DNA of 64,000 nt from Acidobacteriota bacterium (GCA_037388505.1 JARRKC010000014.1:2651-66650), one strand, 5' to 3'; numbered from the stretch's first letter, positions 28,279 through 39,127 are shown. The notes: generated by a model from the letters alone, not told the origin. A program made the numbers and translations.

Positions 28279-29265
28279 ATGAAAGCAATGGTCCTGCACG
28301 AGGCCAAGACTCCACTTCGCCTCGAGGACGTGGAGAGACCTGAGCCTTCTTCGACTCAGGTCTTGGTGAAGGTCGAGGCTTGCGGAGTGTGCCGAACCGA
28401 CCTCCATGTTGTGGATGGCGAGCTTCCCGAGCCGAAGCTGCCCCTCATCCTCGGTCACCAAATCGTGGGTACTGTCATCTCGAGGGGAGACGAAGGCGGC
28501 GACTTCGAAAGAGGCGAGCGCGTTGGGATTCCCTGGATGGGCTGGACATGCGGCAAGTGCAAGTACTGTCGCTCCGGCCGGGAGAATCTGTGCGACCACG
28601 CCCGCTTCACCGGGTACACTCTCGATGGCGGTTATGCAGAATTCGCAGTCGCCGATCACCGCTTCTGCATTCGGATCCCCGAACAATACGAACCGGTCGC
28701 TGCCGCTCCGCTGCTGTGTGCCGGATTGATCGGATTCCGAACCTATCGCAAGGCCGGCGATGCCAAGCGGCTGGGGTTCTATGGATTTGGAGCGGCCGCC
28801 CACATCGTGGCTCAGATCGCCCTGTACGAGGGTCGTGAAATCTACGCGTTCACCCGGCCGGGCGACCGGAAGGCGCAGGAATTCGCAAAGTCAATGGGTG
28901 CCGTCTGGGCTGGTGATTCGGACAAACCGTCTCCTGAGGAACTGGATGCCGCACTGATCTTCGCCCCGGTCGGCGCGGTTGTTCCCGCCGCGTTGCGAGC
29001 CGTATCCAAAGGTGGTGCGGTGGTCTGCGGAGGAATTCATATGAGCGACATTCCCTCCTTCCCGTATTCCATTCTGTGGGGAGAGAGGCTGATCGAATCC
29101 GTGGCTAACCTGACCCGTAAGGATGGGACTGATTTCATGAAGATCGCCCCCAAGGTTCCCGTCCATGCACACACCGAGACGTTCACCCTCGAGGAGGCAA
29201 ATGTGGCCCTCGACCGTTTTCGCAGTGGTAACATCTCGGGGGCTGCGGTACTAATACCATCGTGA
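28279..29265 (+). CDS. zinc-dependent alcohol dehydrogenase (MDR family)
   Basis: 328 aa; catalytic Zn (CGVCRTDLH, GHQIVG) and structural Zn (CGKCKYCRSGRENLC) motifs. Strong RBS GGGAGAAATCATTATG. Confidence 0.85.
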   Translation: MKAMVLHEAKTPLRLEDVERPEPSSTQVLVKVEACGVCRTDLHVVDGELPEPKLPLILGHQIVGTVISRGDEGGDFERGERVGIPWMGWTCGKCKYCRSGRENLCDHARFTGYTLDGGYAEFAVADHRFCIRIPEQYEPVAAAPLLCAGLIGFRTYRKAGDAKRLGFYGFGAAAHIVAQIALYEGREIYAFTRPGDRKAQEFAKSMGAVWAGDSDKPSPEELDAALIFAPVGAVVPAALRAVSKGGAVVCGGIHMSDIPSFPYSILWGERLIESVANLTRKDGTDFMKIAPKVPVHAHTETFTLEEANVALDRFRSGNISGAAVLIPS

Positions 29266-29377
29266 ACTCCGGAGCCCGCGTGTTGGTTTCGGAGCGATGA
29301 CGAAGACGGGGCACCTGCCGGCAGGCGAACCTGCCGAAGGCACTGCGAACGTTCCTGATCTATTCGAGGAAGGGCAC

Positions 29378-32035
29378 ATGAGAAAGACGATCATCCTTGC
29401 CACCGTGCTGGTTCTGCTCGAGACGCTGTCGTTCGGTCAGCGCCATGACTACTATCCGGGCGCTGACTACGATCCGGCGATCCCGACGCTCGAGGCGACT
29501 GTCGGCCATGATTGGGGAGACAAGATCTCGAGTTACGCCGACATCGAAACGTATGCCCACGTCCTCGCCGAGCACTCACCCAAGGTCAATCTGGTGAGCT
29601 ACGGCCAGACGTGGGAAGGGCGGAAACTCTACCTCCTGATTGTCTCCTCGGAGGCCAATCTCGCACGTCTGGAAGAGATCCGACAGCGGACTCAGCAACT
29701 CGCCTATCCGGAGGGAGGAACACCTGGATTCGACAATCTGCCCTGCACCGTGTCGCTCATGTACGGGATCCACGGAAATGAGATCTCCAGTCCCGAGGCT
29801 GGCCTCCTGACAGCGTATCACCTCGCTGCGGCGCGCAACGATTCACTCGTCAAATCGATCCTGGACAACTGTATCGTTCTCATCGATCCGATCGAGAATC
29901 CGGACGGCCGCAACCGTTTCGTCCAGTATTTCGAACAGACGAGAGGACGCTGGCCGGATGAGAATCCCGAAGCTGCGGAACGCAACGAAGTCTGGCCCGG
30001 TGGGCGCAGCAACCACTATCTCTTCGACATGAATCGGGACTGGTTTGCCCTGACCCAACCCGAGACCCGGGGAAGAGTCGCGACGTACCTCAAGTGGTTT
30101 CCCCAGGTGGTTGTGGATCTTCACGAAATGGGAGGCGACTCCACGTACTACTTCGCACCGCCGGCGGTCCCCATCAATCCTCAGATGACCGATACCCAGC
30201 TGAACTGGCTGCGGGAGTTCGGACGGAACAACGCGCGTTGGTTCGACCGACTCGGTATCGATTACTTCACTCGCGAAGTCTATGACTCCTTCTATCCGGG
30301 TTATGGCGAAGAGTGGCCGGCATTCCAGGGTTCGGTCGGCATGACCTACGAGCAGGCTTCCGTGCGAGGGTTGGTGCTGCGAAGATCGGACGACACGGTG
30401 CTCCATTACAGCGACAGCATCGCCCATCATTTCGATTCCTCCCTGTCGACGCTTCAGACCGCTTCGCGGAATCGCGAGAAGCTGCTCCGCACGTTCGCCG
30501 AGTACCGGCGTTCGGCGATCGAACAGGGGCGCAGCGGAGAAGTCAAGGAAGTGATCTTCCCGGCCGGGGCTCATCCCGACCGCGTCAGGGAACTGGTCAA
30601 CCTTCTCCTGGATCAGGGCATCGAAGTGCGACGCACTTCCAAGTCCGTGCAACTGCCGAGAGTACGCGGTTTTCTGGACAACACGATCGAAGAAAAGGAG
30701 TTCGCCCAAGGCACCTTCTTTGTTCCCTTCGGCCAGCCCGCCGGCAGGCTCGCACGGAATCTGCTCCTGGAATCGATACCCATGGATGAACCCTTCCTCG
30801 CCAAACAGGAGCGCCGATACGAGCGGCGAGAACGGGCGCAGTTCTACGATGTGACAGCGTGGTCGCTGCCCCTTCTCTACGATGTCGAATGCTTCGCCGG
30901 CATGGGCCCCTCGCCCCTCGAGGGAAGTCGCGTGACGGCGAAAATCGAGTCCGGTTCCACGGCCGCTCTCCCCACGGCCAAGCTCGCTTACGTCGTGCCC
31001 TGGGGCTCCCGCGGCGCGGCGCGCCTCCTGGCCACCCTTTTGCGCGAAGGCTATCGGGTCTACGAGTCGGACCGCGCTTTCTCCCTCGAGGGACACGACC
31101 TCCCTGCCGGATCACTGATCGTGAAGACGCACGACAATGCAGACAGTCTGCATTCGCGGATTCAGGAGATTGCGAACGACGTCGGGGCCGAGGTGTACGC
31201 AACCGACTCGGGTTGGGTGGAAAGCGGACCCAACTTCGGGAGTGAGGACGTCCACTTCATCCACCGCCCGAAGGTCGCTCTCGCCTACAATGTGCCGACC
31301 CGCTCGAGTTCGACGGGTGCCGCACGTTACATCATCGAACAGCTCTACGACTATCCGGTGACCACGATCGAGACTGGCGAGATTCCTCGCAGCCGTCTGG
31401 ATCAATACAACGTCCTCATACTTCCCGATGCCTTCGGAGCGGGTGGATATTCGGGTGCACTGGGACAGCGCGGCATCAGTCGTCTCAAAGCCTGGGTCCG
31501 GGACGGAGGCACACTGATCACCTTCGGACAGGCCAGCCGATGGCTCACGGACGAGAAAGTCGGACTGCTGGCCACGGAGCTGGAGTCCCGCAAGACTGAC
31601 GAAGATTCGAAGCCGGACCAGGGCAAGGGCGACTCGGCCGATGCCGATCTCGAACAGCTCATACAACCCAAGGAAGAGGCTCCGGCAAGAGTCCCGGGTG
31701 CGTTGGTTCGGGTGCGCCTCGACCCTGAGCAATGGCAGGCCTTCGGATACGGGGACGAGATTGCGGCCCTGATCGACAGCAATCGGATCTTCACTCCCCT
31801 GAAGCTGGATAAGGGTGTCAACGTTGGTGTCTACTACCCGTCTGATCAGCTTCTCTTGAGTGGTTTTCTCTGGGAGGATTCCCGCAACCAGCTGGGCAAC
31901 AAGGCATTCCTCATGTACCAGCCGAGCGGCCGCGGTCATGTCATCGCCTTCGCTGAGGACCCCACATTCCGTGGCTTCCTGAAGGGACAGCACCTGCTCT
32001 TGATGAATGCGCTGTTCTTCGGCCCCGCACACTGA
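29378..32035 (+). CDS. M14 family zinc carboxypeptidase with long C-terminal extension
   Basis: Start at the internal Met (MRKTIILATVLVLLETLSFG signal peptide; GAGGAAGGG RBS). M14 motifs HGNEISSPE...DLHEMGGDSTYYF. ~885 aa. Confidence 0.75.
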   Translation: MRKTIILATVLVLLETLSFGQRHDYYPGADYDPAIPTLEATVGHDWGDKISSYADIETYAHVLAEHSPKVNLVSYGQTWEGRKLYLLIVSSEANLARLEEIRQRTQQLAYPEGGTPGFDNLPCTVSLMYGIHGNEISSPEAGLLTAYHLAAARNDSLVKSILDNCIVLIDPIENPDGRNRFVQYFEQTRGRWPDENPEAAERNEVWPGGRSNHYLFDMNRDWFALTQPETRGRVATYLKWFPQVVVDLHEMGGDSTYYFAPPAVPINPQMTDTQLNWLREFGRNNARWFDRLGIDYFTREVYDSFYPGYGEEWPAFQGSVGMTYEQASVRGLVLRRSDDTVLHYSDSIAHHFDSSLSTLQTASRNREKLLRTFAEYRRSAIEQGRSGEVKEVIFPAGAHPDRVRELVNLLLDQGIEVRRTSKSVQLPRVRGFLDNTIEEKEFAQGTFFVPFGQPAGRLARNLLLESIPMDEPFLAKQERRYERRERAQFYDVTAWSLPLLYDVECFAGMGPSPLEGSRVTAKIESGSTAALPTAKLAYVVPWGSRGAARLLATLLREGYRVYESDRAFSLEGHDLPAGSLIVKTHDNADSLHSRIQEIANDVGAEVYATDSGWVESGPNFGSEDVHFIHRPKVALAYNVPTRSSSTGAARYIIEQLYDYPVTTIETGEIPRSRLDQYNVLILPDAFGAGGYSGALGQRGISRLKAWVRDGGTLITFGQASRWLTDEKVGLLATELESRKTDEDSKPDQGKGDSADADLEQLIQPKEEAPARVPGALVRVRLDPEQWQAFGYGDEIAALIDSNRIFTPLKLDKGVNVGVYYPSDQLLLSGFLWEDSRNQLGNKAFLMYQPSGRGHVIAFAEDPTFRGFLKGQHLLLMNALFFGPAH

Positions 32036-32174
32036 CCACGACGTCGTAATCGTCCGGTCGTTGTGCTGAACATCGTGCCGCTGTGGTGCCTGCTACCCGA
32101 CCGGTGTACCGGGGGCTCACCACGACGGCACGACGCCTGAGGAAGACCACAACGGCACAACGGAACCACGACTG

Positions 32175-33560
32175 CTACTCGTGTTTGAACTCGGACACCA
32201 GCCCCTGGATCGACGCCTTGGCGTCTCCGAAGAGCATCCTGGTGTTGTCCTTGAAGAAGAGCGGATTCTGGATCCCGGCAAAGCCGGTCGCCATGGAGCG
32301 TTTCATGACGATGCAGGTTCGGGCGCGATCCACTTCGACGATGGGCATGCCGTAGATCAGACTCGTTTCGTCATCGCGCGCCGCCGGATTGACCACGTCG
32401 TTCGCTCCCACGACGACGCACACGTCTACGGTCTCCATGATCGGATTGACGTCGTCCGGCTCCACCAGCTTGTCATAGGAGACGTTGGCTTCGGCCAGGA
32501 GGACGTTCATGTGTCCGGGCATCCGCCCGGCTACCGGGTGGATGGCGAATCGGACCTCGCAGCCGTTCTCTTCGAGCTGTTGCGAGAGTTCTCGGAGTGC
32601 ATGCTGAGCTTGCGCCACGGCCAGACCGTATCCGGGCACGAAGACGACCGAACTGGCAGCCTCCAGGAGCAGGTAGGTGTCTGCCACCGAAATCGGCCTT
32701 ACTTCCCCCTGTTCGGTGCCCTTGCTGGCCACGGTCACGGAACCGAAGCCGCTGAACAGAACGTTGGCCAGTGAGCGATTCATCGCCTTGCACATGATAC
32801 TGGTCAGGATGATCCCGCTGGCTCCAACCAGCGCTCCGGCCACGATCAGAATGTTGTTCAAGATCACGAAACCTGCCGCGCATGCCGCCATGCCCGAATA
32901 GGAATTCAACAGCGAGATCACGACCGGCATATCGGCTCCGCCGATCGGTATGACGGCCATGATGCCCAACACGAACGACAATACGAGGAACCCGATGAAC
33001 GGAGAGTAGCCGTTGATCGGATCGATGATGAACAGAACGCCGCACGCGAGAATCGCCAGCAGAAGCAGCGAATTGAAGATCTGCTGTCCCCTGAAAACGA
33101 GGGCTTTGCTGAGCCTGAAACTCCCGAATCGGATTTCCTTCAGCTTCGCCCAGGCCAGGACGCTTCCCGAGAAGGTGACGCCGCCGATCAGGACGGTGAG
33201 GAAGATCGTGACGGCGGAAAAGGTGTCCGCGTTCTGATGGCCGTGATACTCGGCCCAGCCCACGAGCAGGCTCGCGATACCGCCGAAGCCGTTCAAAAGG
33301 CCCACCATCTCCGGCATCGCCGTCATGGCCACGAAACGCGCGGCCAGAATCCCGATGATCGAGCCGATGATGATTCCAATGGCAATGAATCGAAAATCGA
33401 TGATGCCTTGATAGAACAGCGTGGCGACGACTGCCAGGAACATCCCGAAGGCTGACCAGAGATTGCCGCGCCGCGCCGTTGCGGGAGAACTCAGCAGCTT
33501 CAACCCGAGACCAAACAGCAGGGCCGCAAGGACATAGATGAGTTGGATCGCGATGTTCAT
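32175..33560 (-). CDS. pntB: NAD(P) transhydrogenase subunit beta
   Basis: 461 aa; multi-TM N-terminal half and NADP(H)-binding dIII domain. Confidence 0.9.
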   Translation of the reverse strand: MNIAIQLIYVLAALLFGLGLKLLSSPATARRGNLWSAFGMFLAVVATLFYQGIIDFRFIAIGIIIGSIIGILAARFVAMTAMPEMVGLLNGFGGIASLLVGWAEYHGHQNADTFSAVTIFLTVLIGGVTFSGSVLAWAKLKEIRFGSFRLSKALVFRGQQIFNSLLLLAILACGVLFIIDPINGYSPFIGFLVLSFVLGIMAVIPIGGADMPVVISLLNSYSGMAACAAGFVILNNILIVAGALVGASGIILTSIMCKAMNRSLANVLFSGFGSVTVASKGTEQGEVRPISVADTYLLLEAASSVVFVPGYGLAVAQAQHALRELSQQLEENGCEVRFAIHPVAGRMPGHMNVLLAEANVSYDKLVEPDDVNPIMETVDVCVVVGANDVVNPAARDDETSLIYGMPIVEVDRARTCIVMKRSMATGFAGIQNPLFFKDNTRMLFGDAKASIQGLVSEFKHE

Positions 33561-33853
33561 TTCTTCTTATCCTCTTTCTTCCTGAACATCGCCAGCATCC
33601 GGTTCGTCACCATGTAGCCGCCCACCACATTGATCGTGGCAAATACGACTGCGGCCGTCCCCAGGATGATCGAGAACTGCTGGTTTTCCGACCCCGCCGC
33701 AATGATCGCACCGACGATCGTGATGCCTGAGATCGCATTCGATCCGGACATCAACGGGGTATGCAGCGTCGAGGGGACCTTCGAGATCAGCTCAAAGCCC
33801 AGGAAGATCGACAACAGCAGAATAAAGATGAGATAGACGAATTCGGGAATCAT
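33557..33853 (-). CDS. pntAB: NAD(P) transhydrogenase subunit alpha part 2 (membrane segment)
   Basis: 98 aa, 3 TM helices. Overlaps the pntB start, implying translational coupling. Confidence 0.8.
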   Translation of the reverse strand: MIPEFVYLIFILLLSIFLGFELISKVPSTLHTPLMSGSNAISGITIVGAIIAAGSENQQFSIILGTAAVVFATINVVGGYMVTNRMLAMFRKKEDKKK

Positions 33854-33862
33854 GTCTTCTCC

Positions 33863-34984
33863 TCACTTGAACTGTTCGTTTCGAATCTGGCCTTCGTGGG
33901 TCAGCAGGCAGCCGTCGATGATTTCATCGTCGAGCTTCAGCACGAAGCGCTTCTCCTCTTTGTTCCAGAAGTGCCCGATGAGATTGACAAGGTTGCTCGA
34001 GTACATCTGACTGGCATCGAGCGGTACGAGGGCCGGAAGGGGAGCTTGACCGATGATCTTGACCCCATTGACATCCACCGTCTCACCGAGTCTGGAGCCT
34101 TCGATGTTCCCGCCGGTTTCAACGGCCAGATCCACCAGGACGCTTCCGGGTCTCATCCGAGAAACCGTCTCTGCCGTGATGATTCGAGGTGCCTTCTTCC
34201 CGAAAACCTGGGCCGTGGTGATCACAACGTCGGACTTCTCGCAATGCTTGGCCATGGCCTCTTGCTGCCGCGCCAACTGCTCGGCAGTCAACTGCCTGGC
34301 ATATCCCTGCTCCGTCTCACCGGTTTCGCCCAAATCGAACTTCACGAAGCGGCCGCCTACGGAGCGAACCTGTTCTTCCACGACGGGACGTGTGTCGTAG
34401 GCCTCGACGATCGCGCCCAGCCGCTTGGCCGTTGCGATGGCCTGCAGACCTGCCACGCCCGCTCCAATCACAAAAACCCGGACCGGACTGATGGTTCCCG
34501 CCGGCGTCGTCATCATGGGGAAGATCTTGTCGATGGAATCGGCAGCCAGGATCACCGCCACGTACCCGGCCAGATTGGCTTGAGAACTCAGGGCGTCCAT
34601 CTTCTGCGCCAGCGTCGTACGCGGAATCATCTCCATACAGATCCCGGAAACCTTCCGGGAGGCCATGCTCTGAACGATTTCGGGATGATCGAACGGTTCC
34701 AGAAAGCTGACCAGGATCGCTCCCGCCTTCAACTTCTCGACATCCTCCTCCGCAGGCCGTTTGAGACGCAGAACCATGTCCGCCGACGAGAGGAGATCTT
34801 TCGTGCTTCCGGCAACCTCGACGCCAGCGGATTCGTATTCCCCGTCGGCGATGCCAACCGAAGCTCCAAGTCCGGTCTGCACCGCGACTTGGGCTCCCAT
34901 GTCTACAAGTTTCTTGGCCCCGCCCGGCAAGAGCGGGGTTCGCCGATCCAATTTGGTAGCCTCTGCAGCTACTGCGATCTTCAT
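33863..34984 (-). CDS. pntAA: NAD(P) transhydrogenase subunit alpha part 1 (dI, NAD(H)-binding)
   Basis: 373 aa; alanine-dehydrogenase/PNT N- and C-domains, Rossmann motif VFVIGAGVAGLQA. Confidence 0.9.
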   Translation of the reverse strand: MKIAVAAEATKLDRRTPLLPGGAKKLVDMGAQVAVQTGLGASVGIADGEYESAGVEVAGSTKDLLSSADMVLRLKRPAEEDVEKLKAGAILVSFLEPFDHPEIVQSMASRKVSGICMEMIPRTTLAQKMDALSSQANLAGYVAVILAADSIDKIFPMMTTPAGTISPVRVFVIGAGVAGLQAIATAKRLGAIVEAYDTRPVVEEQVRSVGGRFVKFDLGETGETEQGYARQLTAEQLARQQEAMAKHCEKSDVVITTAQVFGKKAPRIITAETVSRMRPGSVLVDLAVETGGNIEGSRLGETVDVNGVKIIGQAPLPALVPLDASQMYSSNLVNLIGHFWNKEEKRFVLKLDDEIIDGCLLTHEGQIRNEQFK

Positions 34985-35308
34985 CGCGAAAGCCTCCGAT
35001 TCTGTTTGTTTTCAGGGCCATAGTGCCCAGAATCCCAGCAAGGTATCAATTCACAAAGCCAAATGGAATAGCAGTCGTCAAATCCATCCGCAAGTCCATT
35101 GTGGCAACGACCGGTATGAGACTCGGAAGACGGCGGGCGTCTCGCGCTCCGTTCAGTCCGATCCGGACGCCCGAGCGGAGTGACGGGATCCGCAGAGACC
35201 AATTGAAGTCGCCGAGAGAAGAGACCTAATATGGAGGCATCGTCCGAAGACAACGCGAGTCTCGATTAATCTGAGTCAACGGAGCCAATCTTCAATTGGG
35301 GGTGTCGC

Positions 35309-38041
35309 ATGCGCACTGACTTTCGGGTGCTTCTCTTGTCACTGGTTTTGCTTGGATTCTCGGCAGCGGTCCAGGCTCAGTCCGTCTATCACTTGCCTGA
35401 TGTTGCCAACGGAGGCAACGAGATCCGTACGACATTCATCTTCATCAACAATGGACTTCAGGATGCCACGGTGACGCTGACTCTGACGAACCAGAACGGC
35501 GAAGAGACGGATGTCAGCATCAGCGGCCTGAACGCCGGCGCCGTCAAGACCTTTGGTCTTCCCGCCGGGGAGAGCCGATTCTATTCGACCAGTGGTCAGG
35601 GGGACCTTTTCGTCGGTTCGGCGACGGTGCAATCGACGGAGGAAATCGGCGTCTCCGCCATATTCTCCCTGTTGAATAACGGAGGGGCGAGCGTGATGAC
35701 CGAGGCGGGCATCGGAGCCTCGGCGGCGGTCACCGATTTCGCCATGGCCGTGGACACGATGGATCCCTTCAATACGGGCGTGGCTATCGTCAACCTGGGG
35801 GACCAGGCCACGACATTGACCTTTCAGCTGTTCGATGCGGATGGCAATCTCATCGGCACCCGGAATGACATTACGCTTCCCGCGGGAGGCCAGCTTGCTC
35901 TTTACGTAGCGGGTCTGGGAGGGATCTTCCCAAACGCCACGAATATGCGTGGCCGACTGAGCGTTTCTTCCAGCTCGACCCAGATCGCGGCCATCACCCT
36001 TCGCCAGAACTCGAGTCTCCGCACCCCATTGACGACGCTACCCGCTGTTTCGACGTCGTCTGTGGGCAGGGAGTTCAACCTGGCTCAGGTTGCAAACGGA
36101 GTGGCAGCTCTTGGCATCAAGACGCAGTTCATCATTTTCAGCCTCGGCCCTGCTGCAACCGTTCACATGAGCGTGTACGACCAGGGAGGCGACCCATTCT
36201 CCGTCCAGCTGTCGAATGACCAAAGCGGCAGTGAGTTGGACCTTCAGATCCCCGCCCAAGGCGCTCTGTTCGTCGAGACGAACGGGACCGGGCCGGTCAC
36301 GGTCGGTTCGGCCCACATCACCTCTAATGTTCCCGTTGGTATGACCGCGGTCTTCAGCCTCTTGAACGACCAGGGCGAGATCACGGTTGAGGCCGGCGTC
36401 GGCGATTCCCCGCTGGCGCCCCAGTTCACCGTTCCGGTGGACACGACCGCCGGGTTCCACACGGGCGTTGCGCTGTCCAACCCAAACGATTCCGACGCCA
36501 CCACCCACTATACGTTCTTCAAGACCGACGGCACGATCATGCAGGGCCCGGATGGGGAGATTCCGGCCCACGGGCAAATCGCCGCATATGTCGACAGTGT
36601 ATTCACGAACTTCGGGCAGCAGCAGGGCCAGCTGGCCATCACTTCCAGCGCGCCCCTTGCGGGCGTCGCTCTCCGCCAGCAGGTCGGCACCGGGAACCTG
36701 ACGACGCTGCCCAACGTGGCGGGAATTGCGGACGACGGTTCCGCGGTGATGCCCAGCAACGCGAACCTGTTGCGCAAGCGAATCGGCGGTCTCGATTTCA
36801 CCGCGGACACGGCGCTCAATGTGCAACTTCCCGCCGGTTTCAAGCTCAGCGGCCCTATCAATCTTCCGAGTTTCACCACGATCCCGTTTGGCCTCGTCCA
36901 GGCCGTCTCAACGACCGGCGAGATCTTCACCACACCACCGAGCGGCAGCTTCGGCAGCTACAGCTATTCCTTGATCGTCCCCGCCGGCGCTTACAACGTC
37001 CGTGTCTGCACGATCGCCGCCGCCTCCGGTTTCTCCTCGACAACCAGCTCCGTTCCAGCCGCCTCGGACACTCAACTGGCTGTGACGTTTGCGCTGCAGA
37101 CGGCACCGAGCGTTGTGGTCGCTCAGGATACGACCCTGCCCATCAGTGTCTCCCCGGTCACGCTCCACAATGTCACCGGCACTGTTGGAAATCTCTCGGC
37201 ACTACCCGTTGATCCTTCGTCTGAATCCGTGTTTCTGGCCCTGTCCTCCGAGCAGTCGAGAACCCAAGCGGCCTACGAAATCGGTTCCGACGGGAGCTTC
37301 GCCGCGCAGTTGGCCGACGGGACCTACACGGCCAGCATTATTTTCGGTCAGGGTCAGGATCTTACCGGCGACGGTATCGTTGATGTCGTCAACCAAGCCA
37401 CGATCTTGTGGGGTATCGGCTCGGCAACCGTGAACGGTAGTGACGTCTCGAACGTCACTCTGACGGTTCCCGACCTCGCGACGCTGAGCGGAACGATCAC
37501 TCAGCCGAACACCACGGACTTCAGCACGTCGATCGTGTCCGCCCTTGATCTTCAAATTCCCCGGAATCCGGCTGTGGCCCAGTGCTTTCCGCTGGCCGCC
37601 AACGCTGTAACCTTCGGTGCGGCCCAGTCCAACGGCGGCTATTCCATGACCATTCAAAAGGAAACGTCGTATGATGTAGCGGCGAGCGTACCCGCTACGG
37701 ATGTGGCCACGGAGAATCCTGGATACGTGAGTTCGCCTCTGCCTGGCACGAACCGGATGTCTTTTTCTCAGGACCAGAACACGCTGGATATTTCGGTTCC
37801 GGCCTTTCCGCCCGTGGTCACACTGTCGGGCACGGTAACCGATCCTACCGGCGCTTCGGTTTCCGGCGCGACGGTGACGGCAACCACTACGGGAGGTCTC
37901 ACCGCAGCACCGAATGCGAGCTTCTCGGCCAGCGCCATTACGGACGCTTCCGGGAACTATTCTCTGCATGTTCTGACGGGGCTGAATTACACCGTCGTTG
38001 TGGAACCGCCCTCGGCTCCGTCCTCGGGAAGCCCCTTCTAG
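35309..38041 (+). CDS. large secreted repeat protein of unknown function (signal peptide; 2 x ~220-aa tandem modules, each built from two ~100-aa beta-sandwich-like sub-repeats; C-terminal carboxypeptidase-regulatory-like domains)
   Basis: 910 aa; SP MRTDFRVLLLSLVLLGFSAAVQAQS. Modules begin ...VANGGNEIRTTFIFINNG... and ...VANGVAALGIKTQFIIFSLG... Sub-repeats share an N-G ... T-L-T ... IPA-G ... AIFSLLN pattern. The C-terminus has TLSGTVTDPTGASVSGATVTATT...TDASGNYSL-type motifs (CarboxypepD_reg-like). Nearly Cys-free and Ser/Thr/Gly/Ala-rich. Confidence 0.6.
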   Translation: MRTDFRVLLLSLVLLGFSAAVQAQSVYHLPDVANGGNEIRTTFIFINNGLQDATVTLTLTNQNGEETDVSISGLNAGAVKTFGLPAGESRFYSTSGQGDLFVGSATVQSTEEIGVSAIFSLLNNGGASVMTEAGIGASAAVTDFAMAVDTMDPFNTGVAIVNLGDQATTLTFQLFDADGNLIGTRNDITLPAGGQLALYVAGLGGIFPNATNMRGRLSVSSSSTQIAAITLRQNSSLRTPLTTLPAVSTSSVGREFNLAQVANGVAALGIKTQFIIFSLGPAATVHMSVYDQGGDPFSVQLSNDQSGSELDLQIPAQGALFVETNGTGPVTVGSAHITSNVPVGMTAVFSLLNDQGEITVEAGVGDSPLAPQFTVPVDTTAGFHTGVALSNPNDSDATTHYTFFKTDGTIMQGPDGEIPAHGQIAAYVDSVFTNFGQQQGQLAITSSAPLAGVALRQQVGTGNLTTLPNVAGIADDGSAVMPSNANLLRKRIGGLDFTADTALNVQLPAGFKLSGPINLPSFTTIPFGLVQAVSTTGEIFTTPPSGSFGSYSYSLIVPAGAYNVRVCTIAAASGFSSTTSSVPAASDTQLAVTFALQTAPSVVVAQDTTLPISVSPVTLHNVTGTVGNLSALPVDPSSESVFLALSSEQSRTQAAYEIGSDGSFAAQLADGTYTASIIFGQGQDLTGDGIVDVVNQATILWGIGSATVNGSDVSNVTLTVPDLATLSGTITQPNTTDFSTSIVSALDLQIPRNPAVAQCFPLAANAVTFGAAQSNGGYSMTIQKETSYDVAASVPATDVATENPGYVSSPLPGTNRMSFSQDQNTLDISVPAFPPVVTLSGTVTDPTGASVSGATVTATTTGGLTAAPNASFSASAITDASGNYSLHVLTGLNYTVVVEPPSAPSSGSPF

Positions 38042-38182
38042 GCGACTTGCCGGGGCTGCTGCGCGCGAGTCTGGAAGCGCGCAGCATGATTGAGTTGGCA
38101 TGGTTTGGACCGGCGTCGGGATCACTTCGGAGCGGATTCCGGCGCCGGCTCGAAACGGAATTCCCTCACGGTGAGCCGTGTC

Positions 38183-39127
38183 TTACCCGGCGGCGCCGGC
38201 CCGCGCACGTGCCATGAGAAACGTCCAGAGTCCGACGGCCGCAAGGCGCGCTGTCTGTCCATCCCGATCTTGCGCGGGATTGACCTCGACGAAGTCGACA
38301 GAGGTCACGCGGCGACACCGCGCTGCCTCGCGAATCGCCTGAAGCCACAGCTGGGTTTCCATGCCGCCTGAGGCCGGAGCGCTCACCCCGGGCGCGACCG
38401 ACTGGTCGAGCGCATCCAGATCGAAGGAGACCAGCAGATCCGACTGCCGGCCACGGTAGATTCTGGCCACAGCTTCCGAATCAATCTCCCCAAGGGGTAT
38501 CGCCCGTCCCCCCTTTTGGCGAACGAAGTCGACATGCGCTCGATTGTTCGAATGCTCCAGAAGCCCGGCCACGTCATAGCCCGCGCACATCGCCGAGGGA
38601 TGCTCGAGCGCCTGTCGAAACGGGGATCCGGAATGCCCTTTTCCCTCGCGCAATTCGCGTACATCCGCATGCGCATCCCAGTTGAGGATCTCAACCCGCC
38701 GACCGGCGCCGGCGTAGCCGAGAAAATGGCCATAAGTCGTCTCGTGACCGCCACCCAGAATGGCGACCGTCAGATCCCGTGCGAGCAATTCCTTCACGGC
38801 TTCGCCCAGTCGCCGCTGATTCTCCTCGAGATTACGGTCCACTCTGAGATTCCCGAGATCGCAGGTTCGCTCGATGAGATCTCCGAACAGAGGATCAGGT
38901 GATGCCCCCATCGTCAGCCGGTAGAAATAGCGGCGAATCTCATCGGGTCCCCGGGCGGCGCCGGCCCGTCCGCCGTTCCGGACGACACCCTCGTCAACCG
39001 GAAAGCCGATGATCGCCACGCGGGTCCCATCGTTCAACTGATGGCTGATCAGCCCGCCAATGCGTGGGTCATCGGGCCGAGTTCGCGGTACCTCGACGGA
39101 AGGTGCGATGAAGCGATCGGAATCCAT
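38183..39127 (-). CDS. hutG: formimidoylglutamase (arginase/agmatinase family)
   Basis: 314 aa; arginase-fold Mn ligands (GGGHE, DAHAD, SFDLDALD). Last gene of the hutU-H-I string. Confidence 0.65.
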   Translation of the reverse strand: MDSDRFIAPSVEVPRTRPDDPRIGGLISHQLNDGTRVAIIGFPVDEGVVRNGGRAGAARGPDEIRRYFYRLTMGASPDPLFGDLIERTCDLGNLRVDRNLEENQRRLGEAVKELLARDLTVAILGGGHETTYGHFLGYAGAGRRVEILNWDAHADVRELREGKGHSGSPFRQALEHPSAMCAGYDVAGLLEHSNNRAHVDFVRQKGGRAIPLGEIDSEAVARIYRGRQSDLLVSFDLDALDQSVAPGVSAPASGGMETQLWLQAIREAARCRRVTSVDFVEVNPAQDRDGQTARLAAVGLWTFLMARARAGAAG

